Source of the DNA: Candidatus Latescibacterota bacterium
GTDB taxonomy: Bacteria > Latescibacterota > UBA2968 > UBA8231
Length of the DNA stretch: 64,000 bases
NCBI GenBank assembly: GCA_965215195.1
Contig: CBDCDC010000001.1
Location: 1,088,001 to 1,152,000 of the forward strand
Direction: 5' to 3'
How positions within the stretch are numbered: position 1 is the stretch's first letter; each line of letters opens with the position of its first letter. Shown here one piece after another: positions 39,681 through 48,558 of the stretch. Under the pieces are notes generated by a model. It was given only the letters and a program-made list of their open reading frames with translations. It did no database searches and was not told the DNA's origin. The translations under genes were made by a program, and so were the position numbers.

Positions 39681-40676
39681 TTACGCACCCCGTCCGCGCA
39701 TCATCGCCAAAAACCGCTGGGCATTCCCGGCAAAGTGATCTTCGATTTCCGCAGGCGTTAGTTGCAGCATCTCGGCCACTTGCCGCTCTTGGCGCAGTTG
39801 CTCGTAGATGACGAGCGTGGCCCGCGAGTCACAGTGCGGCGTGCCGGCTTCGTCCCCAGGATAAAACAGCCAGGCGCGGCCATAGGTGATGTACTTGCCG
39901 CGCGCACAGCCAGCGACCACGTTGTCCGACCCAAACATCACCCTCCTGCGGTCTTCGTGTTTCATCAGCAAATAGTGAGCATACAGGTCGTTCACCGCCG
40001 AGGTGTCGTACCATATATTGGGCAGATCGCACAGGAAGTGGACGGCCTCCTCCATCATAAAGGAATTGAACGAGCGGGCGCAGTGGGCCAAAATCCACTG
40101 TGCCTTAGGGTATTCGCGGGTGTAGTGCGCCAAGTCGCGCTGGTTGTCCGGGTCGGCTGGGCCGGTGGGTTTGGCGAGGTGCATGGTGATGGCCAGCTTC
40201 TTGTGGTGGGCGACTTCGATGAGGGATTCCGGGAGGAAGTCGCAGATGCGGGCGGCGACTGGGTCTGGGGCAAAGGTGCGGTAGGGCTTGAGCCCGAGGA
40301 AGCCGTACGCATCGACTTGGGCCGCCACGTATTCGGGCGTCATGTCCGGGGTGACCATCATGTTGACCGCGGATTCGGGGTCGGCCGCAAGCTGGGCCGC
40401 CATCCACGCGTTGTGCCCGGCCGCGTCCATGCCCGGCATCGGGGTGCCCAAGGCCAGCATGTGGAAGGCGCGGCCCGGGTAGAGCTGGGCCGCCCAGTCG
40501 AGATGATCGCGATAGTCGATCTCCTCGCGCAGGCCGGTAGGTGCGCCCGTCAAGGAGCCTCGGTGCGCCTCAGACCACAGGTGCGTGTGCATGTCGTAAA
40601 CCGCGGCCGGGACGAAGTCTTCAAGCTCTTGCTCCCAGATCTGGCGGTCAAAGTCTCGATAGGTGAAAGCAGTCAT
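39681..40676 (-). CDS. amidohydrolase family protein
   Basis: YDMHTH, GLKPY, ITMHL, ILAHC, WYDTS, VMFGSD. Confidence 0.85.
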   Translation of the reverse strand: MTAFTYRDFDRQIWEQELEDFVPAAVYDMHTHLWSEAHRGSLTGAPTGLREEIDYRDHLDWAAQLYPGRAFHMLALGTPMPGMDAAGHNAWMAAQLAADPESAVNMMVTPDMTPEYVAAQVDAYGFLGLKPYRTFAPDPVAARICDFLPESLIEVAHHKKLAITMHLAKPTGPADPDNQRDLAHYTREYPKAQWILAHCARSFNSFMMEEAVHFLCDLPNIWYDTSAVNDLYAHYLLMKHEDRRRVMFGSDNVVAGCARGKYITYGRAWLFYPGDEAGTPHCDSRATLVIYEQLRQERQVAEMLQLTPAEIEDHFAGNAQRFLAMMRGRGA

Positions 40677-40753
40677 GGCGGGGTGCTCCTGTGCGGCGCG
40701 TTTGACAGAAAATGGCAGGCAACCTAGGGTTGCCCCAAAGGAGAAAATCCGAG

Positions 40754-41641
40754 ATGAACAGAGAAAAGATAGCACCCGAACTCGTTGTGGAAAAGGACGC
40801 GCTCATCGGCGAAGGGGCCGTTTGGGACGCGGACGATCAATTGTTGTACTGGGTCGATATCCTCGGCCACGAGGTCTATGTGTACGATCCGGCGAGCGGG
40901 GTCAACCGCACCATTCCCACGTGCCAAGCCGTGGGCACGGTGGTCAAGCGGCAGAGCGGCGGCCTCGTCGTGGCTTTGCACAATGGCTTTGCCCACATCG
41001 ACTTGCAGGCGGAGCGCATGGTGCCCCTCGGCGAAGACCCGGAGCGGGCGATCCCGGCCAATCGCTTCAACGACGGCAAGTGCGACCCGGCTGGCCGGCT
41101 GTGGGCGGGGACAATGGAGTTTGGAGGTGCGACTGATCGCGGTGCGCTCTACTGCCTCGACCTAGATCACTCGGTGAGTCGAAAGATCGCGCCGGTCAGC
41201 GTGTCCAACGGCATCGTCTGGAGCGCCGACCAGCAGACCATGTACTTCATTGACTCTGGCTTGAACAACGTGCGCGCATACGACTACTGCCGCGACAGCG
41301 GGACCATCAGCAACGAGCGCGTGGTGGTAGAGTACGGGGGGCCGGGGGTGTTAGACGGCATGGCCATTGACGAGGCCGATGCCTTGTGGATCGCCGTGTA
41401 CGGGGGCTGGTGCGTTTTATGCTACGATCCTCGCTCCGGGGAGTTGCTGCGTCACTTGGACCTGCCCATGGCCAATGTGACGTCCTGCGCCTTTGGCGGC
41501 GCGCATCTCGACCAGCTCTACGTCACCTCGGCTTGCCAGGGTTTGGACGCCGAGGCGCGGCAGGCCCAGCCTTTGGCTGGGTCGTTAGTGCGGCTCGAGC
41601 CCGGGGTGGGCGGCGTGCCCTCCGATGCGTTTGCCGGCTAG
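40754..41641 (+). CDS. SMP-30/gluconolactonase/LRE family protein
   Basis: IGEGAVW, LYWVDI, NRFNDGKCDPAGR, SNGIVWS, DGMAID, TSCAFGG. Confidence 0.93.
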   Translation: MNREKIAPELVVEKDALIGEGAVWDADDQLLYWVDILGHEVYVYDPASGVNRTIPTCQAVGTVVKRQSGGLVVALHNGFAHIDLQAERMVPLGEDPERAIPANRFNDGKCDPAGRLWAGTMEFGGATDRGALYCLDLDHSVSRKIAPVSVSNGIVWSADQQTMYFIDSGLNNVRAYDYCRDSGTISNERVVVEYGGPGVLDGMAIDEADALWIAVYGGWCVLCYDPRSGELLRHLDLPMANVTSCAFGGAHLDQLYVTSACQGLDAEARQAQPLAGSLVRLEPGVGGVPSDAFAG

Positions 41642-42426
41642 AGGGCGATGGCGCGCATCTCGTCCGACCAGTCGCGCCACATGTCTTTTTGCGGCGGTTC
41701 CTGTTGGGTTTGTTCTATATCCTGTTTGAGAAAGTCGTAGAGCACGGCTTGGCGCAGTTGGCGCGAGGTGTTCGGGCTGGCCATGTGGCCGAGGCGGTGG
41801 TGCCAGAAGACGATGTCGCCGGCTCGGCCGTGGGTATCGACGGGTGTGCGCTGGTTGAATGCGGTGCGCACTTTTTCGTAGGCGGCTTCGTCTTGGTCGC
41901 GGAGGTACTGGGAAGTGAAGGTCGGGTAAAAGGCGCGATGGCTTTCGGGCCAGACCGTGAAGCTGCCGCCGTTGGGCGGCACATCGTCGATGTAGCCGAC
42001 TACGCCGAGGTGGAAGGGATGACCGTCGGTGTGGCAGCCTAGGGCTTGGGGCGGGTGGTCGCCGTAGGGCAAGGTGCAGTAGATGCCGCGAATACGCGTG
42101 GGCTGGACGAGCTGGCCCTTGCCGAGCATTTGCTCGGCCATGGCCCACACCTTGGGGTCGGTGGCCAGCAGGCGCACCATCCACGCCTCGCCGCCGGGCT
42201 CGCGGAAGTTCCAGCGGAAGCCGCGGCGGTGGTTGGCACCGTCGAGGTTTTCTTCGTCTGGGCGAAAGGGGCCAACCCAAGTGTCGGGGTCATTGCGGCG
42301 GCGGCCCGGAGGTGCGCCGTCCCACAGCCGGGCGCGGGCGCGCTCCATGAGCGCAAGGTTGAGCACGCCGCGCTTGATGAGGTAGCCGTTGCGCTTGAAG
42401 AAGCGCATTTCGTTGGTCGTCAGCAT
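41638..42426 (-). CDS. PhyH family Fe/2OG dioxygenase (HTD)
   Basis: FFKRNGYL, CHTDG, GSFTVWPESH, LGHMASPN...R. Confidence 0.88.
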   Translation of the reverse strand: MLTTNEMRFFKRNGYLIKRGVLNLALMERARARLWDGAPPGRRRNDPDTWVGPFRPDEENLDGANHRRGFRWNFREPGGEAWMVRLLATDPKVWAMAEQMLGKGQLVQPTRIRGIYCTLPYGDHPPQALGCHTDGHPFHLGVVGYIDDVPPNGGSFTVWPESHRAFYPTFTSQYLRDQDEAAYEKVRTAFNQRTPVDTHGRAGDIVFWHHRLGHMASPNTSRQLRQAVLYDFLKQDIEQTQQEPPQKDMWRDWSDEMRAIAL

Positions 42427-42578
42427 TTTTTCCCTGTTAGAATTGCTTGAGAAGGATAGGCAAAGGGCGTGCGCTTGAAAAGCCGCGATGCTGCTGTAAT
42501 TTACTATTTATTTGGAATCGAGAAAGCGAAAATCAGGTCGGATGCAACCAAGCTAGTCGGCATTCGCAGTAGACGTGC

Positions 42579-42607
42579 TTGACAGGTGTCAGGCGAAAAA
42601 GTAGTAT
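42579..42607 (+). promoter_or_regulatory. putative sigma70 promoter
   Basis: TTGACA-N17-TAGTAT upstream of the ATPase. Confidence 0.55.
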
Positions 42608-42686
42608 GAAGGCGCGTCTTATGGACTTCGAGAATAGTCTGAACGAAAATCATATCTGAGTGGCGGGGAATCGGACAGGACAGAAG

Positions 42687-43775
42687 GTGGACAAACACTT
42701 TTACGAGACGCTAAAAATTGAGAATTTCCGCGGCATCAAGTCGCTGGAAATCGACGACCTCGCACGGGTTAATCTGTTTGTCGGAAGAAATAATTGCGGC
42801 AAAACCTCGGTGTTGGAGGCAGCATTTTTGCTTACTGGAATGTCAAATCCTAGCTTGCTTGTCAAGATAGAAAATTTGCGAGGACTAAATATCAAAGAAA
42901 GTTCCCATCTAAGGAATTTATTTTACCGTCAAAAATATACTGAAGGATTTAGATTATTCGGAAAGCAAAAAACAGAAAGCAGAGAACTCAATGTTAGTCC
43001 GGTATATGAAAGTTCCAATGTTGGACAAGTAGCTTCCGCTCCCTCAAACAGTTTGGATAGAGTAGGAGATACGATCGAAACATATATGTTAAGCTCGGCA
43101 ACCGAGCAATCATTAAATGGACTAAAATTTAGATTCACTCATTCGGCCCAAAAAAGTCGCCAATACGAACCTACAATGCGTTTGGTAAAGTCGGGGGATG
43201 CCCCGTTTAGTTTTCAATTGGACGAAGAATACAAGGAAACTACCCATAGTTGGTTTTTGACTCGGTTATACGGTGCGAATATGGTTGACAGGATGCTTAA
43301 CGAAAAGCGCAAGGACGTGCTAGTGAGCTGTCTTCAAGCTATAGAGCCGAAAGTTCAGGATATAAGGGTAGGGTTGGACGGGATTGTGATGGTCGATATT
43401 GGAATGGACAACTTCCTTCCGCTCAATCACCTTGGAGCGGGAACAATGCGTATCCTAAACATACTCTCCACTATCTACTGGGCTAGGAACGAGCTTTTGA
43501 TGATCGACGAAATTGAAAACGGACTCCATGTTTCTTCTATAAAAGATATGTGGGATATGGTGCTGGAGTCTTCTAAACAAAACAATACACAGATATTCAC
43601 GACGACCCACGGCAGCGACGTCATAAAGGGTTTGAGTATGGCCTTGAAGGACAAATCGGATTCAGTCGCCTGTTTCTGGCTGCATAAATTTGCTGACGAC
43701 CGGATCAAAGCCTACAGATATTCGCCCGCTGGACTAAAAAATGCCTTAGATGTGGGTATCGATATTCGCCATTAG
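42687..43775 (+). CDS. AAA_15/AAA_21 ABC-type ATPase (defence/TA-associated)
   Basis: IENFRGI, VGRNNCGKTSVLEA, LGAG signature, LMIDEIENGLH, QIFTTTH; markedly AT-rich. Confidence 0.88.
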   Translation: MDKHFYETLKIENFRGIKSLEIDDLARVNLFVGRNNCGKTSVLEAAFLLTGMSNPSLLVKIENLRGLNIKESSHLRNLFYRQKYTEGFRLFGKQKTESRELNVSPVYESSNVGQVASAPSNSLDRVGDTIETYMLSSATEQSLNGLKFRFTHSAQKSRQYEPTMRLVKSGDAPFSFQLDEEYKETTHSWFLTRLYGANMVDRMLNEKRKDVLVSCLQAIEPKVQDIRVGLDGIVMVDIGMDNFLPLNHLGAGTMRILNILSTIYWARNELLMIDEIENGLHVSSIKDMWDMVLESSKQNNTQIFTTTHGSDVIKGLSMALKDKSDSVACFWLHKFADDRIKAYRYSPAGLKNALDVGIDIRH

Positions 43776-43777
43776 CC

Positions 43778-43819
43778 ATGCTGGATCCGCTGAAAAGTTT
43801 TCTGACGCAGAACTTGTAG
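43778..43819 (+). pseudogene. possible last codons of the deleted partner gene (DUF3226-like)
   Basis: MLDPLKSFLTQNL* directly after the ATPase resembles recalled C-termini of such partners. Confidence 0.3.
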
Positions 43820-44028
43820 AACGAATTCGCCGCATCGTAAGTACGCGTAAATCAGACATCTGCCCCCTTGACGAAGGCTCAAAGTGCTGTGTGAAAGGGA
43901 GCTCGAAATGACGGACGAGCAGATTGCGCCTTTCACTGACTCTTAGCTTCCGCCGTACTGGATCCGTGCCTACATTCCTTCATAGACAAGGTGCCCGATC
44001 CTTTCTACCCAAATAGGAGCCATTATAC

Positions 44029-44775
44029 ATGACCCAAGTAGAGCAATATCTGTTTGACCTACAGGGCTATTTGATCGTCGAGGACGTGTTGGATGCGGAA
44101 GCGGTTGCCGAGTTGAACCGGCTGATTGACGCTCAACAGATGGGCGCGGATATAGAGCAGGCGCAGGGGCGGCTGCACAGCGGCGGGTTTTTGACGTGGG
44201 GCCAGCCCTTTGTCGATTTGCTGGACCACGAGTGCATTATGCCGCTGCTCAAGGTGATTCTCGGCGACGGCTTTCGGCTCGACCACTATTATGCGATCTA
44301 TCTGGAGGCCGGTGCCGAGCGGCTCGGATTGCACGGAGGCAACACGCCCTACGACCCGCCGGAGTACTACCACTTTCGCAATGGACAGATGTACAATGGG
44401 CTGACGGTGGTCGCCTGGAACTTGGCCGACACCGGGCCGACGCAGGGCGGTTTTTGCTGCATTCCGGGCAGCCACAAGGTCAATTATCCCTGTCCGCAGG
44501 AAATCCGCGAAGCCCATGTCGAGGCCGGGTGCGTAGTGGTGCCGGAAGCCAAGGCCGGGTCGGCCGTAGTTTTTACCGAGGCGCTCACGCACGGCACTGC
44601 GCCGTGGCGGGCCGCGCACCAGCGGCGCTCGCTGCTGTTCAAATACAGCCCGGGGCAGCAGTCGTGGTCCAAAAAACACATTGAGCCGCCGGCCGGCGTC
44701 GCCTTGACCCAGCGGCAGGTGTTGCTTTTTGAGCCGCCGTATTTTCACGCGCGGGCCTCGCTTTTTGCCGAGTAG
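44029..44775 (+). CDS. PhyH-like Fe/2OG enzyme with HGG motif
   Basis: YLFDLQGYL, LHGG, GGFCCIPGSHK, FTEALTHGT...RR; close paralogue of 28574..29365. Confidence 0.88.
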   Translation: MTQVEQYLFDLQGYLIVEDVLDAEAVAELNRLIDAQQMGADIEQAQGRLHSGGFLTWGQPFVDLLDHECIMPLLKVILGDGFRLDHYYAIYLEAGAERLGLHGGNTPYDPPEYYHFRNGQMYNGLTVVAWNLADTGPTQGGFCCIPGSHKVNYPCPQEIREAHVEAGCVVVPEAKAGSAVVFTEALTHGTAPWRAAHQRRSLLFKYSPGQQSWSKKHIEPPAGVALTQRQVLLFEPPYFHARASLFAE

Positions 44776-44853
44776 TGCGACAGATATAGGGATACACTCG
44801 TCACGCTAGATTTATCGCAGCTTGAGAATGCAATTCGATTGGAGATTTGAGGT

Positions 44854-45603
44854 ATGGAAGCACTGTTGCGCCCCTTTGCGTTTGGTGCTGCCGAACGGGC
44901 CATACTCGACCGCGATGGGCACTTCGCGCTGCCGGGCATCCTGACCGCCGCGGCTTGCGCCCAGTTGACCGCGGCGCTGGCACGGATCCAGTCGCTGCCG
45001 CACGGCGACGAGGAATATCGCCCCCCGCGTTTTGCCGCTGAATTCGACGCCTATTTGGAGAGCCTGATCGGGCATCCGCAACTGCTGGACTTGGTGCGCC
45101 TAGTGCTGGGGCCAGCGATCCGCTACGATCACTGCGTGGCGTTGAACCGCGCAGGGGGCAATCAGGGGAGCAGGTGGCACAGCCACGAGTACGCGGACGA
45201 CGATCCGACGCTGGGTTTTGTGCGGGTGTTTTTTTACGTCAATGGCTTTGCGGCCGACGATGGTGGGTTAAAGGTGGTGCCGGGAAGCCATTGGTATCGC
45301 GATCCGGATATTAGCGCGGAATCGGATGCCGAGTTGGCGCAGGGGTGGATGGCGGGGAAGGTACATGCGATTAGCGGTCAACCGCTCACAATTGAGGAGC
45401 TTGCAGTGCCGCCGGGGACGGTGGTGTTGATGTGGACGCATGCGGCGCATGGAGTCAATCCGCGCAAGGAAGACAGCGATACGCGGTGGTGCGTGGTGTA
45501 TGCGTATCGCAATCCGGGGCAGGAGTCGCGGGCGCGGTGGCTTAGTCCGAGCTTTGAAAAGAAGCAGATCAAAGGCGCAGAAGGATTGATGAGTTTGTAC
45601 TAG
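44854..45603 (+). CDS. PhyH-like Fe/2OG enzyme with HSH motif
   Basis: DRDGHF, WHSHEY, GGLKVVPGSH, AAHGVNP...R. Confidence 0.82.
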   Translation: MEALLRPFAFGAAERAILDRDGHFALPGILTAAACAQLTAALARIQSLPHGDEEYRPPRFAAEFDAYLESLIGHPQLLDLVRLVLGPAIRYDHCVALNRAGGNQGSRWHSHEYADDDPTLGFVRVFFYVNGFAADDGGLKVVPGSHWYRDPDISAESDAELAQGWMAGKVHAISGQPLTIEELAVPPGTVVLMWTHAAHGVNPRKEDSDTRWCVVYAYRNPGQESRARWLSPSFEKKQIKGAEGLMSLY

Positions 45604-45616
45604 AAAGGGAAAGAAG

Positions 45617-46732
45617 ATGAAAATCGCGGAGATTCGGACGTTTTTGGTGGGCAGGTTTTTGTTGGTGCGGGTCTATACCGATGCGGGGATCGTCGGCAAT
45701 GGGGAGGCCGGGCTGTGGGCGCACCACCGGGTGGTGAAAGAGGCACTGGACGAGTTGAGCCACTACTACGTGGGCAAAGACCCGTTCCGCATTGAGCATC
45801 ACTATCAGGTGGTGTCGCGGTCGGCGCACTTCATGGGCGCGGCGCTGAGCGCGGCGCTGAGCGCGATAGACATTGCGCTGTGGGATATATTCGGCAAGGC
45901 GGTGGATTTGCCCGTGTACCAGTTGTTGGGAGGCAAATGCCGCGACAAGGTAAAGGTGTACGAAAACGTCGGCGGACAGACGCCGGCGGAAGTGCGGCAG
46001 AGCGCGCAGGCGCGGGTGGAGGAGGGGTTTACATCGCTGCGGATGACGCCATTTGTCAGCGGGTTTGAGCAGCGGACTGGTACGGCCAACATAGCGACGG
46101 CCGTAGAATTGGTGGCCGCGGCGCGCGAGGCGATTGGGGACGAGGTGGATTTGGGGTTGGAGATCCACCGGAACTTGCGGCCGGAGGAGGCGATTGCCCT
46201 GGCCACGGAGTTGACGCCCTTTAAGATACTGTACTACGAGGACCCGCTGCCGCCACAGAGCTTGGAGGCCCTCGAGTACGTCGCCCGGCACATCAACATC
46301 CCAATCGCCACGGGCGAGCGGTGCTACAACCCCTTCCAGTTTAAGGACCTGATCGACCGCCAGATCGTCAGCCTGATTCGGCCGGACGTATCCCTGGCCG
46401 GCGGATTCACGCAGGTGAAGAAAATTGCCGCGCTGGCCGAGGCGGCTTTTGTCGGGGTTTTTCCGCATCTGATGGGCAGCCCTGTCAGCAACGCAGCTTT
46501 TGCCCAGCTAGCCGCGGCCATTCCCAACTACACGCACACCGAGCACAACGCCCTCAACGGGCCGCTGGCCGAGATCGTCGATGAGCAGCTACGAGTTGAG
46601 GACGGCTATCGGCTACTGAGCGAGCGGCCGGGGATTGGGATTGAAATAGTCGAGGACGCACTGGCGAAATACCCGTACGAACGCTGGGCGATTAAGGGCA
46701 ATTTCCACGCCGACGGCTCGGTGGCGCACTAG
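45617..46732 (+). CDS. mandelate racemase/enolase-superfamily sugar acid dehydratase (DgoD-like)
   Basis: VYTDAGIVGNGE, SAIDIALWDIFGK..DLPVYQLLGG, YEDP, IATGER, RPD, PH. Confidence 0.88.
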   Translation: MKIAEIRTFLVGRFLLVRVYTDAGIVGNGEAGLWAHHRVVKEALDELSHYYVGKDPFRIEHHYQVVSRSAHFMGAALSAALSAIDIALWDIFGKAVDLPVYQLLGGKCRDKVKVYENVGGQTPAEVRQSAQARVEEGFTSLRMTPFVSGFEQRTGTANIATAVELVAAAREAIGDEVDLGLEIHRNLRPEEAIALATELTPFKILYYEDPLPPQSLEALEYVARHINIPIATGERCYNPFQFKDLIDRQIVSLIRPDVSLAGGFTQVKKIAALAEAAFVGVFPHLMGSPVSNAAFAQLAAAIPNYTHTEHNALNGPLAEIVDEQLRVEDGYRLLSERPGIGIEIVEDALAKYPYERWAIKGNFHADGSVAH

Positions 46733-46741
46733 GATATTCTC

Positions 46742-47390
46742 ATGTTTGAGAAAATCTATCTCGATCCAGAAAACAGGTGTTTTGCCGAGATTATGTCCAA
46801 TAATAGGAGGTACGTTGTACCGCCATTTCAGCGAGACTATTCTTGGGAAGACGAACAATGGGCGGAACTGTGGGCGGATATTGAGCAGATGCGGCAAGGC
46901 CAGACTCAGCACTTTATGGGCTATCTGGTTTTGCAGACCGAGGATGGCAAGAGCTTTCAAATCTATCCACGCGATGCAGAGGTGCGCCAGCACTTTGGCG
47001 ACAAGAGTATGCCAAGCCGCCGCAGTAGCAAAAAAATTATGTTTCTGTTGCGATCAATTGAAACGCATTTAAGCGGCCAAGCCCCCCCAAAATCTGACGC
47101 TCGAACATGTGTTGCCATACAACCCAGGAGACGATTGGCAGGCTTATTTTGGCCGCGAGGTCTATGAAAATGCGATTGACCGCTTGGGTAACATGGCCCT
47201 GCTGCTTGGGCATCAAAACATGGGACAGGAGGTTTTTGAGCAAAAAAGAGAGAGGCTACAGGCTAGCGAGTATCACATTAATCGGCACATCGCTGAGTAC
47301 GCGGAATGGAACATGGACTGCTTAGCAGAACATCAAAAATGGTTGGCGAAGCAGGCCACCGCGGTGTGGAAAATATCTGAATACGCTTAG
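46742..47390 (+). pseudogene. internally deleted GmrSD-like (DUF262 + DUF1524) nuclease
   Basis: VPPFQRDYSW...HFMGYLVL...SFQI stops just before the expected DGQQR; joined to a C-terminus with (frameshift) LEHVLP...RLGNMALL. Confidence 0.82.
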
Positions 47391-47562
47391 AAGCGGTCTG
47401 AAAGTTCCGGGAACCGTCCCTTGTGTGCAGCAAACAATTCTAGGATCGAGGGCGTCTCGCCCTCGCAAAACGCGCCATCCGAGGGCCGCTGGACTGCTAC
47501 TCAACGCGGTCCGCCGGGGGTTTGTCACGCCTAAAGGCGCGGTGAAGCAGACCGCTTCTAAG
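47386..47562. mobile_element. MITE family B, copy 1
   Basis: perfect 15-bp inverted ends CTTAGAAGCGGTCTG / CAGACCGCTTCTAAG; second copy at 63445. Confidence 0.88.
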
Positions 47563-47575
47563 GCAGGAGAACGCG

Positions 47576-48487
47576 ATGATCGACCATGCTTTGCGCGACC
47601 AGCTAAAGGACGTCCACGCATACACTCTGACCATTTACCAGCGCGATGACCTCTACGCACTTGATTTGGACGGGTTTGCGCGCAATATGGCGTGGGCTGC
47701 CGACCGGGGGGTGCGGGTTTTCGTGGTGGCTGGCGGCACCGGCGAAAACGACGCACTGGCCCCATCCGAGCGCGTGGTGCTGGCCGAGTGTGCCCTAGCG
47801 ACGGTGGGGGAGCGGGCGCTGGTGGTGCCGACCTTGCCCGGCAACTTGGGCGAGGCCGCGGATTTAGCGCCGCGCTACGAGGCGTTGGGGTTGCGCGTGG
47901 CGCTGGCTATGGCGCCCTACACGCGCCACCAAGTGCCCGAAGATCCCGAAGGCGTGTACCAATACTACGAGGCACTGGGGACGCGGTCGGGGCTGGCGCT
48001 GATGCCCTACAATACCCAGGGCTGGTCGGCCGAACTGTTCGAGCGGCTGGCCGCAGTGCCGCAGATCGCCGCGATCAAGGACCCCTGCGTTGAGCCGCAC
48101 CCCCTCTTCCGCGCCATCAAGCGGCTCGGCGACCGCTTCGTCTGGATCGGCAATAAGCGCCACGATCCGGGCGTGTTGCACTTCCGCTTCCAAGCCGGGA
48201 TCGAGGGCTTTACCGCTGGTTTTGTCAACTTCGCCCCCCAGCTAGAGCTGGCACTTTTCGCGGCCGCGCAACAGCAGGATTGGCCGCTTATGATCGAGTT
48301 GCAGGAGCGGCTGGCCCCCTTGGAGCGATTGCGCTCGCGCTTTGACGACGCCGGCATGCTCAAGGCGACGATGGAGCTGATGGGGCTAGCCGGCGGGGCG
48401 GTGCGCCCGCCTCGCATCAACGTGCAGCCGGCGGGGCGCGAGGCCATTAAAAAGGAGCTGCAGCGCTTGGGGGTCTTGGGCGGATAG
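47576..48487 (+). CDS. dihydrodipicolinate synthase family aldolase/dehydratase
   Basis: VAGGTGE, LMPYN, IAAIKD. Confidence 0.85.
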   Translation: MIDHALRDQLKDVHAYTLTIYQRDDLYALDLDGFARNMAWAADRGVRVFVVAGGTGENDALAPSERVVLAECALATVGERALVVPTLPGNLGEAADLAPRYEALGLRVALAMAPYTRHQVPEDPEGVYQYYEALGTRSGLALMPYNTQGWSAELFERLAAVPQIAAIKDPCVEPHPLFRAIKRLGDRFVWIGNKRHDPGVLHFRFQAGIEGFTAGFVNFAPQLELALFAAAQQQDWPLMIELQERLAPLERLRSRFDDAGMLKATMELMGLAGGAVRPPRINVQPAGREAIKKELQRLGVLGG

Positions 48488-48558
48488 GCTGCCCGCGCAC
48501 CCGGCGGGAATAACGTCAGTTAGTTAGAACAAATGTCCACAAGCGACGCCCCTACAAG

